Source: an uncultured Methanomassiliicoccales archaeon (GTDB taxonomy: Archaea > Thermoplasmatota > Thermoplasmata > Methanomassiliicoccales > UBA472). Taken from it: a stretch of DNA of 64,000 bases. Each line of letters begins with the position of its first letter. Positions within the stretch are counted from its first letter, which is position 1. The stretch is taken from assembly GCA_963755265.1 (NCBI GenBank), contig CAVWKV010000131.1, forward strand, positions 14,986 to 78,985, in the 5' to 3' direction. Below, piece by piece: positions 32,336 through 42,947 of the stretch. The notes beneath the pieces are model-generated. The model did not search any database. It saw only the letters and a program-made list of their open reading frames with translations, and was not told the origin of the DNA. Both the position numbers and the translations under genes were made by a program.

Positions 32336-32476
32336 GGTCCGTTCATAGTTCCCATACTAGACATCGTTGTTGCAGAATGCAATAACGCTAGTTCGTGATC
32401 TATTGCGGAATCTGGCCTGAGGCTCCATTTCTTTGGCGGCTTCAACACAGAGAATAGATAATAGTTAAAGGAAAGT

Positions 32477-32923
32477 TTATCGTAGCCAGACCAATTCTTC
32501 TTTGGTCTTATTGGCCACGTTCTGTATCCGGGTCAGCATGCTCTCATCAGTGATGTCCCGGTCACAGGTCAACGCGATCATGAGGCTTTGGGAGAGTTCC
32601 CAGACGAATATCTTCTTGGTCTTGTACACACCGATGACATACTCTAGCTTGTCCTTCTTTGGTTCCACTCTGGAGGATTCGGCGGAACTGAATATGACCG
32701 AAATCATGGCCGAGAACATCTCTGGCTTAGCGGGCAACCTGGACGGGTCTCCCGTGATGATGAGGCCACTCTTGGATACGACCGAGACGCTCTCGATCTT
32801 CTGATCCTTGCCAAACTCAACGTTGATTATCTCGTCAAGGACGTTCTCGACTGATTTCGTTCCCTGCACTCGTGATACCTCCGAAAATCTATCCACTAGA
32901 CTCGGTTCTCTGCCGGATACCAT
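32477..32923 (-). CDS. Roadblock/LC7 (MglB-like) domain protein
   Basis: VSVVSKSGLII followed by FSAMISVIFSSAE pattern. Confidence 0.7.
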   Translation of the reverse strand: MVSGREPSLVDRFSEVSRVQGTKSVENVLDEIINVEFGKDQKIESVSVVSKSGLIITGDPSRLPAKPEMFSAMISVIFSSAESSRVEPKKDKLEYVIGVYKTKKIFVWELSQSLMIALTCDRDITDESMLTRIQNVANKTKEELVWLR

Positions 32924-33027
32924 ATCCTGTTTCCATTTAATATGTTTCCGTCATTACTGTCCGTTTATAGAATCTGAGATACTGGAGAACCATTATTATC
33001 TCCAGCCCTAATCCGAGGGTTGACAAT

Positions 33028-33561
33028 ATGGTCTTGATCGTAATAGCGGGAATGCCAGGAGCAGGGAAAGAGGAGTTCGTCTCGGTGGCCACGAAGAAGG
33101 GATACCAAGTGGTTAGGATGGGAGACGTGGTGAGGGAGTTCGCGTCCAAGGCCGCCGTCGGCGCGGGCGACAAGGGAGTGGGCGGGTTCGCCAACGATGA
33201 ACGGCAAAGGCATGGATACGATATCTGGGCGAAAAGATGCGTAGACCGGGTGGTTTCGGAACGGACGATCATCGACGGCTCACGCGGGGTCTTGGAGCTG
33301 AAGGTATACCAGGAACGGTTCGGCAAGAACATAAAGCTGTTAGCGATCCACTCATCGCCCCCCACTCGGTATCCGCGGTTGGTCCGACGTGGACGGGAGG
33401 ATGCCCCGAAGAATATATCAGAGTTCAACACGCGGGACGAACGGGAGCTTTCCTGGGGACTAGGCTCGTTGATCGCGCTGGCGGACATGATGATCGTCAA
33501 CGAAGGATCTTTAGAAGATTTCAAGTCAAGCTGCGAGAGAGTGCTTGATTCGATCCAATGA
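33028..33561 (+). CDS. Dephospho-CoA kinase-like P-loop nucleotide kinase
   Basis: GMPGAGK, MGDVVRE, IDGSRG, RLVRRGREDA, RDERELSWG. Confidence 0.8.
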   Translation: MVLIVIAGMPGAGKEEFVSVATKKGYQVVRMGDVVREFASKAAVGAGDKGVGGFANDERQRHGYDIWAKRCVDRVVSERTIIDGSRGVLELKVYQERFGKNIKLLAIHSSPPTRYPRLVRRGREDAPKNISEFNTRDERELSWGLGSLIALADMMIVNEGSLEDFKSSCERVLDSIQ

Positions 33562-33827
33562 AGTTCAAGGTGGTACGTATCTGCGGCTCCGTGGCGAACA
33601 CGGTACTTCCCGAGGAACGAATCGTTTTCGACCTTACGCGCTCAGTGCTCATCCTTGAGGATCTGGGTTATTCCGTCACCGACCGGGACGTCATGCTACT
33701 GGCGACGAAGGACGGCGTTGAGGTATCGGTCTACCGAACCGGACGAATGGTCATCCATCCAGCGGAGAAGGAGAAGGCTTGGGAGCTGGCGGACGCACTG
33801 TATGGACTTCTGGCGCGTTCTGAGTAA
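33558..33827 (+). CDS. Hypothetical protein, single TBP-like / ThiF C-terminal-like domain (paralog 1)
   Basis: ATGA overlap with the kinase gene; FDL...GY...VSVYRTGRMVI pattern; similar to the next gene. Confidence 0.75.
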   Translation: MKFKVVRICGSVANTVLPEERIVFDLTRSVLILEDLGYSVTDRDVMLLATKDGVEVSVYRTGRMVIHPAEKEKAWELADALYGLLARSE

Positions 33828-33869
33828 AAGACGATGTTTTCAATAGACGGTAGTCAATAGACTGTCTAG

Positions 33870-34142
33870 ATGAAGTTCAGGATCATCCGTGTATGCAAGT
33901 CTGAGGCGATGTCCGCCGTCCCTCAGACGCCGATTCGATTCGACCTTGAGAGATCCTCTATCTCTCTTCGGATGAACGGATACGAGGTCCAGGAGAATCC
34001 AGTGATGGTCATCGCCAAGAAGGACAACGTGGAGGTCACGCTGTATACTAACGGCCGATTATTGGTTACTCCGGCGACAGATAAGGAAGCGGTTCGGGGG
34101 CTGGCAGAAGTCTTTTACTCTTATCTGGTCCACGAAGGCTGA
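33870..34142 (+). CDS. Hypothetical protein, single TBP-like / ThiF C-terminal-like domain (paralog 2)
   Basis: MKFRIIRVC vs MKFKVVRIC; VTLYTNGRLLV vs VSVYRTGRMVI. Confidence 0.75.
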   Translation: MKFRIIRVCKSEAMSAVPQTPIRFDLERSSISLRMNGYEVQENPVMVIAKKDNVEVTLYTNGRLLVTPATDKEAVRGLAEVFYSYLVHEG

Positions 34143-34157
34143 TGCCCGCATGAAAAA

Positions 34158-34526
34158 TCATTGACTGGTCTGATGGTTGGTTGTGGCGGACCCGCTATCC
34201 GGGTTCAGCTTCAGGTCGAAGCTGCTCTTTCCCCCATCTTTGAATTCCGTTGTCAGTATCATCCGGCTGTCATTTATGACCAGCGACATACGTTCCATGT
34301 TGGACGAGTAGGTCCTATTGCGTTTGTTCGATCCTATTCCTTTCAGTAACCCCAGTTTCTCCAGGTCCTTAATGCGCCTATAGCATTTGACCTGCGGTAT
34401 TTTAAGTACCTCGCACAGCTCTCTCACCCCTCTCGGGTCTGAGTATGTCAGAGCAAGTATCTTCGCGGCATCGGCGTCAAGCGCTAATTCCGCAAGGTCA
34501 AACCCCACGGCCTTCGATTCCATCAA
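34158..34526 (-). CDS. ArsR-like winged-HTH protein
   Basis: ELCEVLKIPQVKCYRRIKDLEKLGLL. Confidence 0.75.
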   Translation of the reverse strand: MMESKAVGFDLAELALDADAAKILALTYSDPRGVRELCEVLKIPQVKCYRRIKDLEKLGLLKGIGSNKRNRTYSSNMERMSLVINDSRMILTTEFKDGGKSSFDLKLNPDSGSATTNHQTSQ

Positions 34527-34768
34527 AACAAATGAACGGGCCGGACTCTATATAGCGGTATTCTCAAGATTCTCCCGACTGATAGTGAGAATAGTATCAT
34601 TAACAGTCTGTCCAGATGTAGCACATATCAAAAATGACACGCTAGGGCGTCGATGACTCCGTTCCAAGGGCGGAAGTTCGGTGGATAAGCCCGGATCTGC
34701 ATCAGTAGAATTTAAGAGCAATTATATATCCACAATTACATTCATTTTTCCTGCACAAGGGGGATGGC

Positions 34769-36619
34769 GTGAGGAAATCGTTGAGCGTTGCGGCACTAGC
34801 TGTGCTTGTAGTCGCATTGTTGCTAGCCACGGGCCTCAATGCCGATTCAGGCACGAATACTCTCAGTACCGTAAATCCCAAATCGATCTCCCAATCAGCT
34901 CAATCACCCCTTTCCAGCTCGCTAATTGAGAACTACAGCCAATCAAGACAGTTTCAAGCTGGAACAGTATTTGATAACCAATCACTCATCACGAGCGTAG
35001 ATCCCTCGGCCACGGATTTCGCTATTGGCGACCTGAACCATGATGGCCTTAGCGACGTTGCGGTCATTAGCAATAAGACTAACGACATTTGCATCTATAA
35101 TAGGACGGTGAGCGGTGCTCTTTCCAGCATTCCTTGGAGGCTCTCCATGCCAGGTATTGTAGATATGCGTAGCATTGCTATCGGAGACCTAAACAATACT
35201 GGTCGTAATGATATCGTAGTGAGTTATAATGATTCGTTGGGTAATGGACATATTGCGATTTTTTATCAATCATTGAAGACGCCCTTCTTCAATCCAGCAA
35301 ACGTCGTCAAGTTAAATGTAGACTTTGAGCCATACCAGGTGGTTATTGGAAGGTTTGACGGCACTACTAATGAAAGCATAGCAACGGTATGCGAAGGAAA
35401 CCTACAACATAGCGATATTGACATTTGGCGTTATCCCTTTAATTCGCCAAGGAACGATTTCCAATCAATCCCGATTTATGATTCGAAAGAATCGTTTACC
35501 AATGCCAAATTCTTGGCCGCCGGTGACATTAACGGTGATAACCTGACGGATCTGGTTGTGGGAAATGCAGGTGGAAATGATGTTTTCATCGCCCTTCAAC
35601 CAGCAAAGTGGGGAAATTTATGGACGACATCTTTCCAAAATATTACAGGCTCAGCCTCCGATGTGCAACTTGCCGATGTAACTGGCGATGGTCGGAGCGA
35701 TCTTATCTATGCCAATAATCAAGATAACCCTGGAGGATATTCGACTGTCATAATATATCCAAATAATGGTACAGGCTTCAACCTGACCCCTTTGAGGTCC
35801 CTAAGAACTCCCCTTGGCCTCGGGACTGTGGCCATAGGTGAATTTGTCAAAGGATCTCCTGTCAGCTTATTGGCCTTATCTAATGGATACGCCAATGCAA
35901 GTGTATATACACAAAACAACACGGATGTTTTCGGGCAATACCCGAATCTAAATTTTCCGGTCGATGTATCGCCGTTGAAAGCAATAATTGACAATTCGAC
36001 CGTTGGTCACGAAGGATTGTTCATCCTTTGCAAGGGCACCTCCGGTGACAATGGAACCCTACTTTGGATTAATGCCAGCCGAGGTCTAACAGGAAATGCT
36101 AACGTTAATCTCTTTACTGGGAGCGATTCGCCAACGACCCTAGCAACAGGCAGGTTGGCGAATGGCAACGTGATTGTGGCCGCAACGCTAACCGGGTCGA
36201 ATAAAGTTCTCTTGTATGAGAAGAACGGCAGTTATTCATGGACGATTTCAACCCAAATCAATCCGACAGTGGCCGTATTCGGGAAATTCACCTCGACAAA
36301 CGATAACGATCTTGCCGTACTAGATTCGAGTTCGCGCAAAATCAGTCTTTATCATGTAACTCAGCCTTCAACAAACATCCAACCCTTCGAGAACATAACC
36401 CTGCCAGTATCAAATCCTCAATCTCTTTTCGCCAAAAGCCTTAGGGGTTATGGGTTTGACGACCTGTTGGTCGGGTATGGCCACGGTTGTATCATATTAT
36501 ACAACAACGAACTTAGTCAACCATTCAATAACAGCCTTAGCGAGACCATAGGGAGCTCAATCGCAGGCAATAGAACCGAGAATCTAGATAAAAAAGGTAT
36601 CGTAAATAAAATAAAATGA
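34769..36619 (+). CDS. Secreted FG-GAP/VCBS repeat protein, possibly C-terminally truncated
   Basis: Signal peptide; GDLNHDGLSD, GDLNNTGRND, GDINGDNLTD, ADVTGDGRSD repeats; many N-x-S/T sequons. Confidence 0.85.
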   Translation: MRKSLSVAALAVLVVALLLATGLNADSGTNTLSTVNPKSISQSAQSPLSSSLIENYSQSRQFQAGTVFDNQSLITSVDPSATDFAIGDLNHDGLSDVAVISNKTNDICIYNRTVSGALSSIPWRLSMPGIVDMRSIAIGDLNNTGRNDIVVSYNDSLGNGHIAIFYQSLKTPFFNPANVVKLNVDFEPYQVVIGRFDGTTNESIATVCEGNLQHSDIDIWRYPFNSPRNDFQSIPIYDSKESFTNAKFLAAGDINGDNLTDLVVGNAGGNDVFIALQPAKWGNLWTTSFQNITGSASDVQLADVTGDGRSDLIYANNQDNPGGYSTVIIYPNNGTGFNLTPLRSLRTPLGLGTVAIGEFVKGSPVSLLALSNGYANASVYTQNNTDVFGQYPNLNFPVDVSPLKAIIDNSTVGHEGLFILCKGTSGDNGTLLWINASRGLTGNANVNLFTGSDSPTTLATGRLANGNVIVAATLTGSNKVLLYEKNGSYSWTISTQINPTVAVFGKFTSTNDNDLAVLDSSSRKISLYHVTQPSTNIQPFENITLPVSNPQSLFAKSLRGYGFDDLLVGYGHGCIILYNNELSQPFNNSLSETIGSSIAGNRTENLDKKGIVNKIK

Positions 36620-36678
36620 ACTGATCAATAAATGACCATGCTATACTAAGACTGCGAAAAATGAAAGAGATGCATTAT

Positions 36679-36702
36679 TCCCCGGCACGATCGAGCCGGG
36701 GA
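36679..36702. terminator. Stem-loop between convergent genes
   Basis: TCCCCGGC-ACGATCGA-GCCGGGGA. Confidence 0.45.
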
Positions 36703-36829
36703 TATATACAATGCCGAAAAATGTTACCTAACAAAGTTAAGATCTTCTTTCGACCCTGAACTCCTGTAGTTGAATACAAATCCATCGATTCCATTAAGAT
36801 GTAACATCTAACGCAACCAAAACTTTCCT

Positions 36830-37052
36830 AGGTTCGTCCACGATCACATCGATCTCATCAACGGTCTCGGCTTGACCAGACAACTATCAACTTTATTCTC
36901 GTTTGCCTTCTTCATGTCCTCTGGGGATCTCGAACCGCCGTACAGATCACCTCGATCATATCATCATATCGGCGAACAAACTCTAGGACCTCGTAAGCGT
37001 TCCGCTCAGGAACCTCCACTATCAGGAGCTTCAACGGTCTAGTAACAGTCAT
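36830..37052 (-). pseudogene. Internally deleted, frameshifted response regulator remnant
   Basis: MTVTRPLKLLIVE-VPERNAYEVLEFV, then GSRSPEDMKKANENKVDSCLVKP in another frame. Aligns to RR 42396-42947 without the phospho-Asp segment. ATGA-coupled to the corrected stop of the upstream kinase. Confidence 0.6.
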
Positions 37053-39953
37053 TCACTTCTTCCCTTCTTAGGAATAGTAAAAGAACGTGGTCCCATTTCC
37101 TGCCTCGGACTCGAACCAGATCTTTCCTCCATGGCGCTCGACGATCTTTTTGGCTATCGCCAGTCCGATGCCTGTCCCTTCGTACTTCTCTCTAGGGTGC
37201 AATCTCTGGAACAGAATGAACACCTTATCCTTGTAAGCTGGGTCGATGCCTATGCCGTTGTCCTTGACCGAGAACAGATGCTCGTTTCCATGGTCCCGGT
37301 AGGCGATATGCACTATGGGTGGCTCGTTCCGGTGGAACTTTAGGGCATTGCCTACCAGATTCTGGAGCAGTTGCATCATCTGGACCTCGTCGGCCAGGAT
37401 GGTAGGCAAACGATCGCGAACGATCGAGGCCTTCTCTTCTTTGATCCGCAGGGAGAGATTCTCCAGAACGATGTTGAGAACTTCCTCCATGTCCGTCCTC
37501 TGGAACTCTTTATCCTGAGTGTCCACCCTGGAGAACTCCAGTAGATCATTGATGAGGTCCTTTGCCCTAAGCCCACCCTCGATGGCGTAGTCCATATATT
37601 GTTTTGCTTTCCCATCGAGCTGGTCGGGGTACTTCCTCTCCAATAAGCCCAGATAAGCGGTCACCATGCGAAGCGGTTCTTGAAGGTCGTGACTAGCCAC
37701 ATAAGCGAACTGCTGTAGCTCTGCATTGCTTCGTTCAAGTTTCTTTGAATACGCTTCTGCCGCTCTCTGCGACTCCTTTATCGCGGTTATGTCTGTCTGT
37801 GCCGAAATAAGACGATCCCCATGGATGACGTAAGAAGTAAGGAACTCCTTGTTCACATAAGGACTATGATACTGGAAAGTTACCGCTTTTCTCGATCTCT
37901 TCGCTTCTTCGATCATCGGCAGATAGAATGAGTGTGCAGCACCGAGCACTTCCGAACCTTTTCTTCCTTTGGCCTCGTCCATCGATCTCAAGCCGAGAAG
38001 GGCGAATCCCGCTGGGTTCATGTCCTCGAAGATCCAATCGATGACATTGCCATGCTCGTCGTAAATGAGATGATCTATGTAAAAGACCTCCTGCACCGTC
38101 TCGAACAGATCACGGTATTTCGCCTCGCTCTCTTTGAGAGTATCTTCGGTCATTAACTTGGCAAGCGATACTGCCAAGTAACCGGCTAGCCTCTCGTATT
38201 GCTCGATCAGTTCGATCGTGAACATCCCTTTTCGACGGTCGTTCAACTGGAGCAGTCCAAGTGTCTCTCCACCTGCCCGTAATGGAATGAGGGCCACCGA
38301 TTCATATCCCTCTCCGTTGCAACGATTTCTCGTCCTTGCTTGACGGTCCTCGTTGGTAGTGGTAGCCAACAGTTCAGTCGTGCTGTTCGTCCAGAAGCAT
38401 CCATTCCTGGTGAAGAAAGGCTTGGACGGATCGGTCCGTCCTTGTATCACGTTCCCGCACATGCACTCCATGAGGGGATAGCCACCGCTGTCGTGGACGA
38501 CCTGCCCGATATCGTCGCGAAAGCAAAGATGGGTCTCCAGCAGAATGAACTTCTGCGGGAAGCCATTCGCCTCATAGTAGGGATAATCTTCTCCGTTCTT
38601 CAATCGTATTCCTACGGCCTCGCATCCCGATCGTTCCTGGAAGAACGCGGTCGCCCTATGGATCATTTCCTTAGTATCATGGATCTCATTCACAAGATGT
38701 AGGAATTCAATGGATGTCTCCCGCTCAATCTCCGCCCTCTTCCGGTCCGTGATGTCGTTGGATGTCAGGACAAAGTATCCTTTGCTGGGTCTGTAGGCCG
38801 AGAAATGGAACCACTTCTTCTCCATTTGTGAGTACGCCTCAAATTCGGTGGAACCCCCATTTAGAGCGATATCGCCAAATTTACCGATCGTGTCGATCGG
38901 ATCGTTCTCGATGCCGGGTTGCACTTCGGTCGCCTTTCTTCCTATTATGTTCTCCTTTATTAGCCCATGATTTCGTTCGAACGCCTGGTTGACATCTAGA
39001 TACACATAGTCGATCGGTTTTCCGTCCCGATCTGTTATCACTTTACAGTAGGCGAACCCGTTCAACATCTTTGAGAAGAGTATGTTGACCTGCTTGCGGT
39101 CGCCCCCGAACGCCTCGGCCCATCGCTCTGTAACATTAACGCTCTTGTCCGCAGTTGGGTCGCGACTACTGACTGCTAGCAGAAGATAAGCTCCCATTAA
39201 GTAAAAGCTGATCCTCGCACCCCAGTTGATGGCATCTCCGACCTTCAGTGTGTAATAACTGCCTAATATGCCGAACATGAACAGAACAATGGCGAGCGTG
39301 TACCAGTAAAGGACCGGGGACCTGACCTTGATGTACCTCCAACCATAGACAACACCGGTCATAGCGAGGAAAAGCACGGACGACGCTAAGACCACCTCTC
39401 TGATCAGGGTCGAACCTACCCCGCTGATGAAGAAAGTGGGGAACACACCGTTCGAAATGGCGACGACGATCACGACAACTACTGCTAAGGTGACGAAATA
39501 AGATATGAGCACCGAGCCCTTACGTGATGCATATGGCCAATGTCTTTCTAGTGGCAGGGACGCCAGAACTACGCTCAATAACAATGAGAGCGATGAGAGC
39601 AGTACCCCCACGTTGCCGATGGTGATCGCTTGGTTCGTCGTTAGGGGCAGTCCGAACGATGGGGTCAATGCCCATTGAGAGATCATCAACATGGTCCCGA
39701 AGATGAAGGAGGCTAGACCTAGGAACAGGATGTTCGTCGAGCCAGAGAAAATGTACGCTCTCGCCGAAACGAGGGCCACCGCAATGCCGACACAGAGAAC
39801 GAGCACGAACTGTAGTAAGAATGCTATATCAGGTTGGTTATAGAGCGAACCAGTGACGCCCAGGACCAGCTCAGTACCGAATAACACTACGAGAGCGATG
39901 ATAGGAATGAAACCGATTAATCCGAATTGGTTCTGTCCCGTTCGATGAAACAT
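37049..39953 (-). CDS. Membrane sensor histidine kinase (multi-TM, PAS, Cys-rich GAF, PAS, HisKA, HATPase)
   Basis: ~7-8 TM N-terminus; [12 protein letters not shown]. An indel in the T run near 37080 changes the last codons (restored FTIPKKGRSE). Confidence 0.9.
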
Positions 39954-40284
39954 AGCTCATTCACATCTGGGTTTTGAGTACCCCCTAAGCGATGACCAAG
40001 CATCTAAGCCCTTTGGTCTTCCTTGTTGACCATTCATCCATCTATTTTTACACTAGACCTTTCAAAAAGATGTCACTTACTTCAATGCCTTCGAACTTTT
40101 TTATTAAATGAACATATTAACCCAATATTCTTTTTAGTGGTAGATATCAAAAGCTCGAGATCAAGATCAATCACTGCATCTTCTGGCCTCAAAATGTTAA
40201 AGGGAGGAACCACTCTTACCAAGGGCTGACCGGATAATACATCGGAAAGCTATTTCTATCATTATTCGATTCTCAGAAAACCTA

Positions 40285-42198
40285 ATGACCAGCAAATTCG
40301 ACAGCTCAGATAAAGCAGAGCACCGATGCTATGTTCTTGCTGTAGAGGACAACCCTGGAGATCTTTTGCTGGTCGAGGAACTTCTCAGCGATGCCAAGAT
40401 CGGACAATATCGATTACAAAGCGCCAAAAGAGTGACTTTGGCGATCGAATTATTAGAAAAGGAAGCTTTCGATGCTGTCTTGCTGGACCTTAATCTTCCA
40501 GACAGTCATGGCTTTGATACATTTTCATCGATCCATTGCAGATTTCCCAAGGTCCCTATCATCGTCTTGACGGGCAGTGTGGATGAAGAGTTGGCCACAA
40601 AGGCGGTGAAAGAGGGTGCTCAGGACTATCTGTTCAAAGATGAGCTCACATCAAGGAACCTTAGCCATGCCATTCTCTTTGCCATTCAACGGAAGAGGAT
40701 AGAGGACGAGCTCCGTAGTAGCGAAGAAAGATTTCGCCTGCTCTCGGAAGCATCTTTCGAAGGCATTGCGGTGCATGTTGAAGGCCGCATAGTTGATGTC
40801 AATCGAGCGGCCATAGAGCAGACGGGGTTTTCAAGAGATGATTTTCTTGGAAGATCGATCCTGGATTTCTTCCTCCCTGAATCTGCTGATGCGGTTAAAG
40901 AGGCGATGAGACTTCCTGCTGTCAGACCGTATCAAGCTTCTATATTGACAAAGAACGGAGAGGTCCGTATCGTGCAGGTCCGGGTCCGAATTATCGATTA
41001 CGATGGGCAATCGGCTCGAGTTGCGATGATCATGGATATCACTGAGCAGGTCAACGCTCGTAAGCAGATCGAGGAGATGGCAGCTCGCGCTGAGTCGGAG
41101 AAGAACCGCCTGAGAACGATACTCGAGACAATGCCGGTGGCAGTTTCGATATTCGATGCTAGCGGCAGGCTCATCGAACATAATGCTATCGCTGAGAAGT
41201 ACACGTCGCTCAATGACATGAGCGTTCATGCGACCGGCGAACGCAAGAGAGCCAGAAAGTGGTGGGCGAACACCGGGCTGCCGGTACAGCGGCATGATCG
41301 TCCGCTCATTAAAGCTATTACTGCTGGCACGACCACGATAAGTGATGTCATCGACGTCGAACAGCTAGATGGTAAGAGAATGACGATAATGACCTCAGCT
41401 GCCCCGATACGCGACGAGCACAAGAATGTCGTCGGCGGGGTGCTGGTGCAGCAGGACATTACGGCACAAAGAGAGCTCGAGCATGATGCTATCGAGGCGA
41501 AGGAGCGAGCTGAGCTTTACGTTGACCTGCTGACTCACGATATCAACAACCTGAACGCCGGGATAGCAGGGTACCTGCAGCTAGTATCTGAGCGAGGCAA
41601 GCTCGACGATAAGACCAAGGCACAGGTAAAAAAGTCGATGGACCTTCTTGAGAGCAGTTCGCATCTGATAGAGAACGTCAAGAAGATACAGCGGATCGAG
41701 TCAGGGAACGACGCGTACGGCATCACGGACCTGGGATGGATGCTAGAGGACGTCGTCGATGAACTAAGAACACAGCCTGAGAAAGAGGTCACGATAAATT
41801 ATCGTCCTCGCCTCAAGCTGATGGTGAACGCTAGTGAGCTGCTCAAGGACGTGTTCACGAACATAATAGGAAACGCTATAAATCACTCGGACAAGGCAGT
41901 GACCATCGATGTCATGGTATCGAAGGTGTTCGAGGACGGACGCGAGTACTATCGTACTATCATAGAGGACAACGGTCCTGGTATACCTGATGATATGAAG
42001 GACCGAGTGTTCTCAAGACTTCAAAGAGGTGGTACGAAAGCTAGCGGTGCTGGCCTCGGTCTATATTTGGTGAGACGCCTGGTCGAGGACTATCACGGCC
42101 GCGTCTGGGCAGAGGATCGGCTGACGGGAGATGATTCCCAGGGGGCAAGATTTATCGTTCTTTTACCTGTGGCCACGGCTGGTGGGATTTACAGATAA
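40285..42198 (+). CDS. Receiver-PAS-PAS-histidine kinase
   Basis: VEDNPGD, LLDLNLPD, LLTHDINN, EDNGPGIP, GLGLYLV. Confidence 0.92.
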   Translation: MTSKFDSSDKAEHRCYVLAVEDNPGDLLLVEELLSDAKIGQYRLQSAKRVTLAIELLEKEAFDAVLLDLNLPDSHGFDTFSSIHCRFPKVPIIVLTGSVDEELATKAVKEGAQDYLFKDELTSRNLSHAILFAIQRKRIEDELRSSEERFRLLSEASFEGIAVHVEGRIVDVNRAAIEQTGFSRDDFLGRSILDFFLPESADAVKEAMRLPAVRPYQASILTKNGEVRIVQVRVRIIDYDGQSARVAMIMDITEQVNARKQIEEMAARAESEKNRLRTILETMPVAVSIFDASGRLIEHNAIAEKYTSLNDMSVHATGERKRARKWWANTGLPVQRHDRPLIKAITAGTTTISDVIDVEQLDGKRMTIMTSAAPIRDEHKNVVGGVLVQQDITAQRELEHDAIEAKERAELYVDLLTHDINNLNAGIAGYLQLVSERGKLDDKTKAQVKKSMDLLESSSHLIENVKKIQRIESGNDAYGITDLGWMLEDVVDELRTQPEKEVTINYRPRLKLMVNASELLKDVFTNIIGNAINHSDKAVTIDVMVSKVFEDGREYYRTIIEDNGPGIPDDMKDRVFSRLQRGGTKASGAGLGLYLVRRLVEDYHGRVWAEDRLTGDDSQGARFIVLLPVATAGGIYR

Positions 42199-42395
42199 CC
42201 ATTAAGGTCTTGTTGATCGAACAATATCTAGAACTTGAGCACTAGCGGTATAAATTGTTATAGATCCCCAATTTCTGAACGCCAACCGCTTCGTCAGCAA
42301 GCCACGGGACGTCGGTTCTTTTGTCGATACGATCGATAGCGTCGATCGCTCCTGACCAGGAACAGCAGACCCCCTCTTGTGAGAGCGATCGTCCC

Positions 42396-42947
42396 TTAAC
42401 GGACTACTTCCATCGATTCCAAGTATCGGTCCTTAGGGACGTCAAGGACGAATGGTCCATTGGTCAGCGATGGGGTCGGCCTTGATCCAGCATAAACCAT
42501 CCAAGCGTACATGTTCGCATGGGTCTGCTGCCCCTTCCCATCGTCCTTCCTTCTGCTCTGTGTCAGGATCAAATGACCTTTCAGGCGATCTGCGATCCTT
42601 TGTATCTCCTCGAATGTGCTAGGTTTGATATAATAGTCGATCGCGCCCATGCTCCTTGCCCTGATCTCATCCTCGCTTCTAAGTGAGCCGGTCTGAACGA
42701 TGACCGGTATCTTTCGCATTTCGTCAGAGCCTTTCATGAGCTCCAGGATTTCGAAGCCGTCCATCCCTGGTAGGTTGAGGTCCAGGATGACAAGGTCCGG
42801 AACGATGTTCTCTTTGTTCTGCAGAAGGGTCATCGCTTCGACGCCATCCTCGACGACCATGATCCTCAGTTCCATCTTTAGCTCGTTGAGCATCTCCTCG
42901 ATCATGAATGCGTCCCCGGCATTGTCCTCGACTATGAGCACCCTCAA
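42396..42947 (-). CDS. Single-domain response regulator with C-terminal extension
   Basis: VEDNAGD, ILDLNLPGMDG, YYIKP. Confidence 0.9.
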   Translation of the reverse strand: MRVLIVEDNAGDAFMIEEMLNELKMELRIMVVEDGVEAMTLLQNKENIVPDLVILDLNLPGMDGFEILELMKGSDEMRKIPVIVQTGSLRSEDEIRARSMGAIDYYIKPSTFEEIQRIADRLKGHLILTQSRRKDDGKGQQTHANMYAWMVYAGSRPTPSLTNGPFVLDVPKDRYLESMEVVR

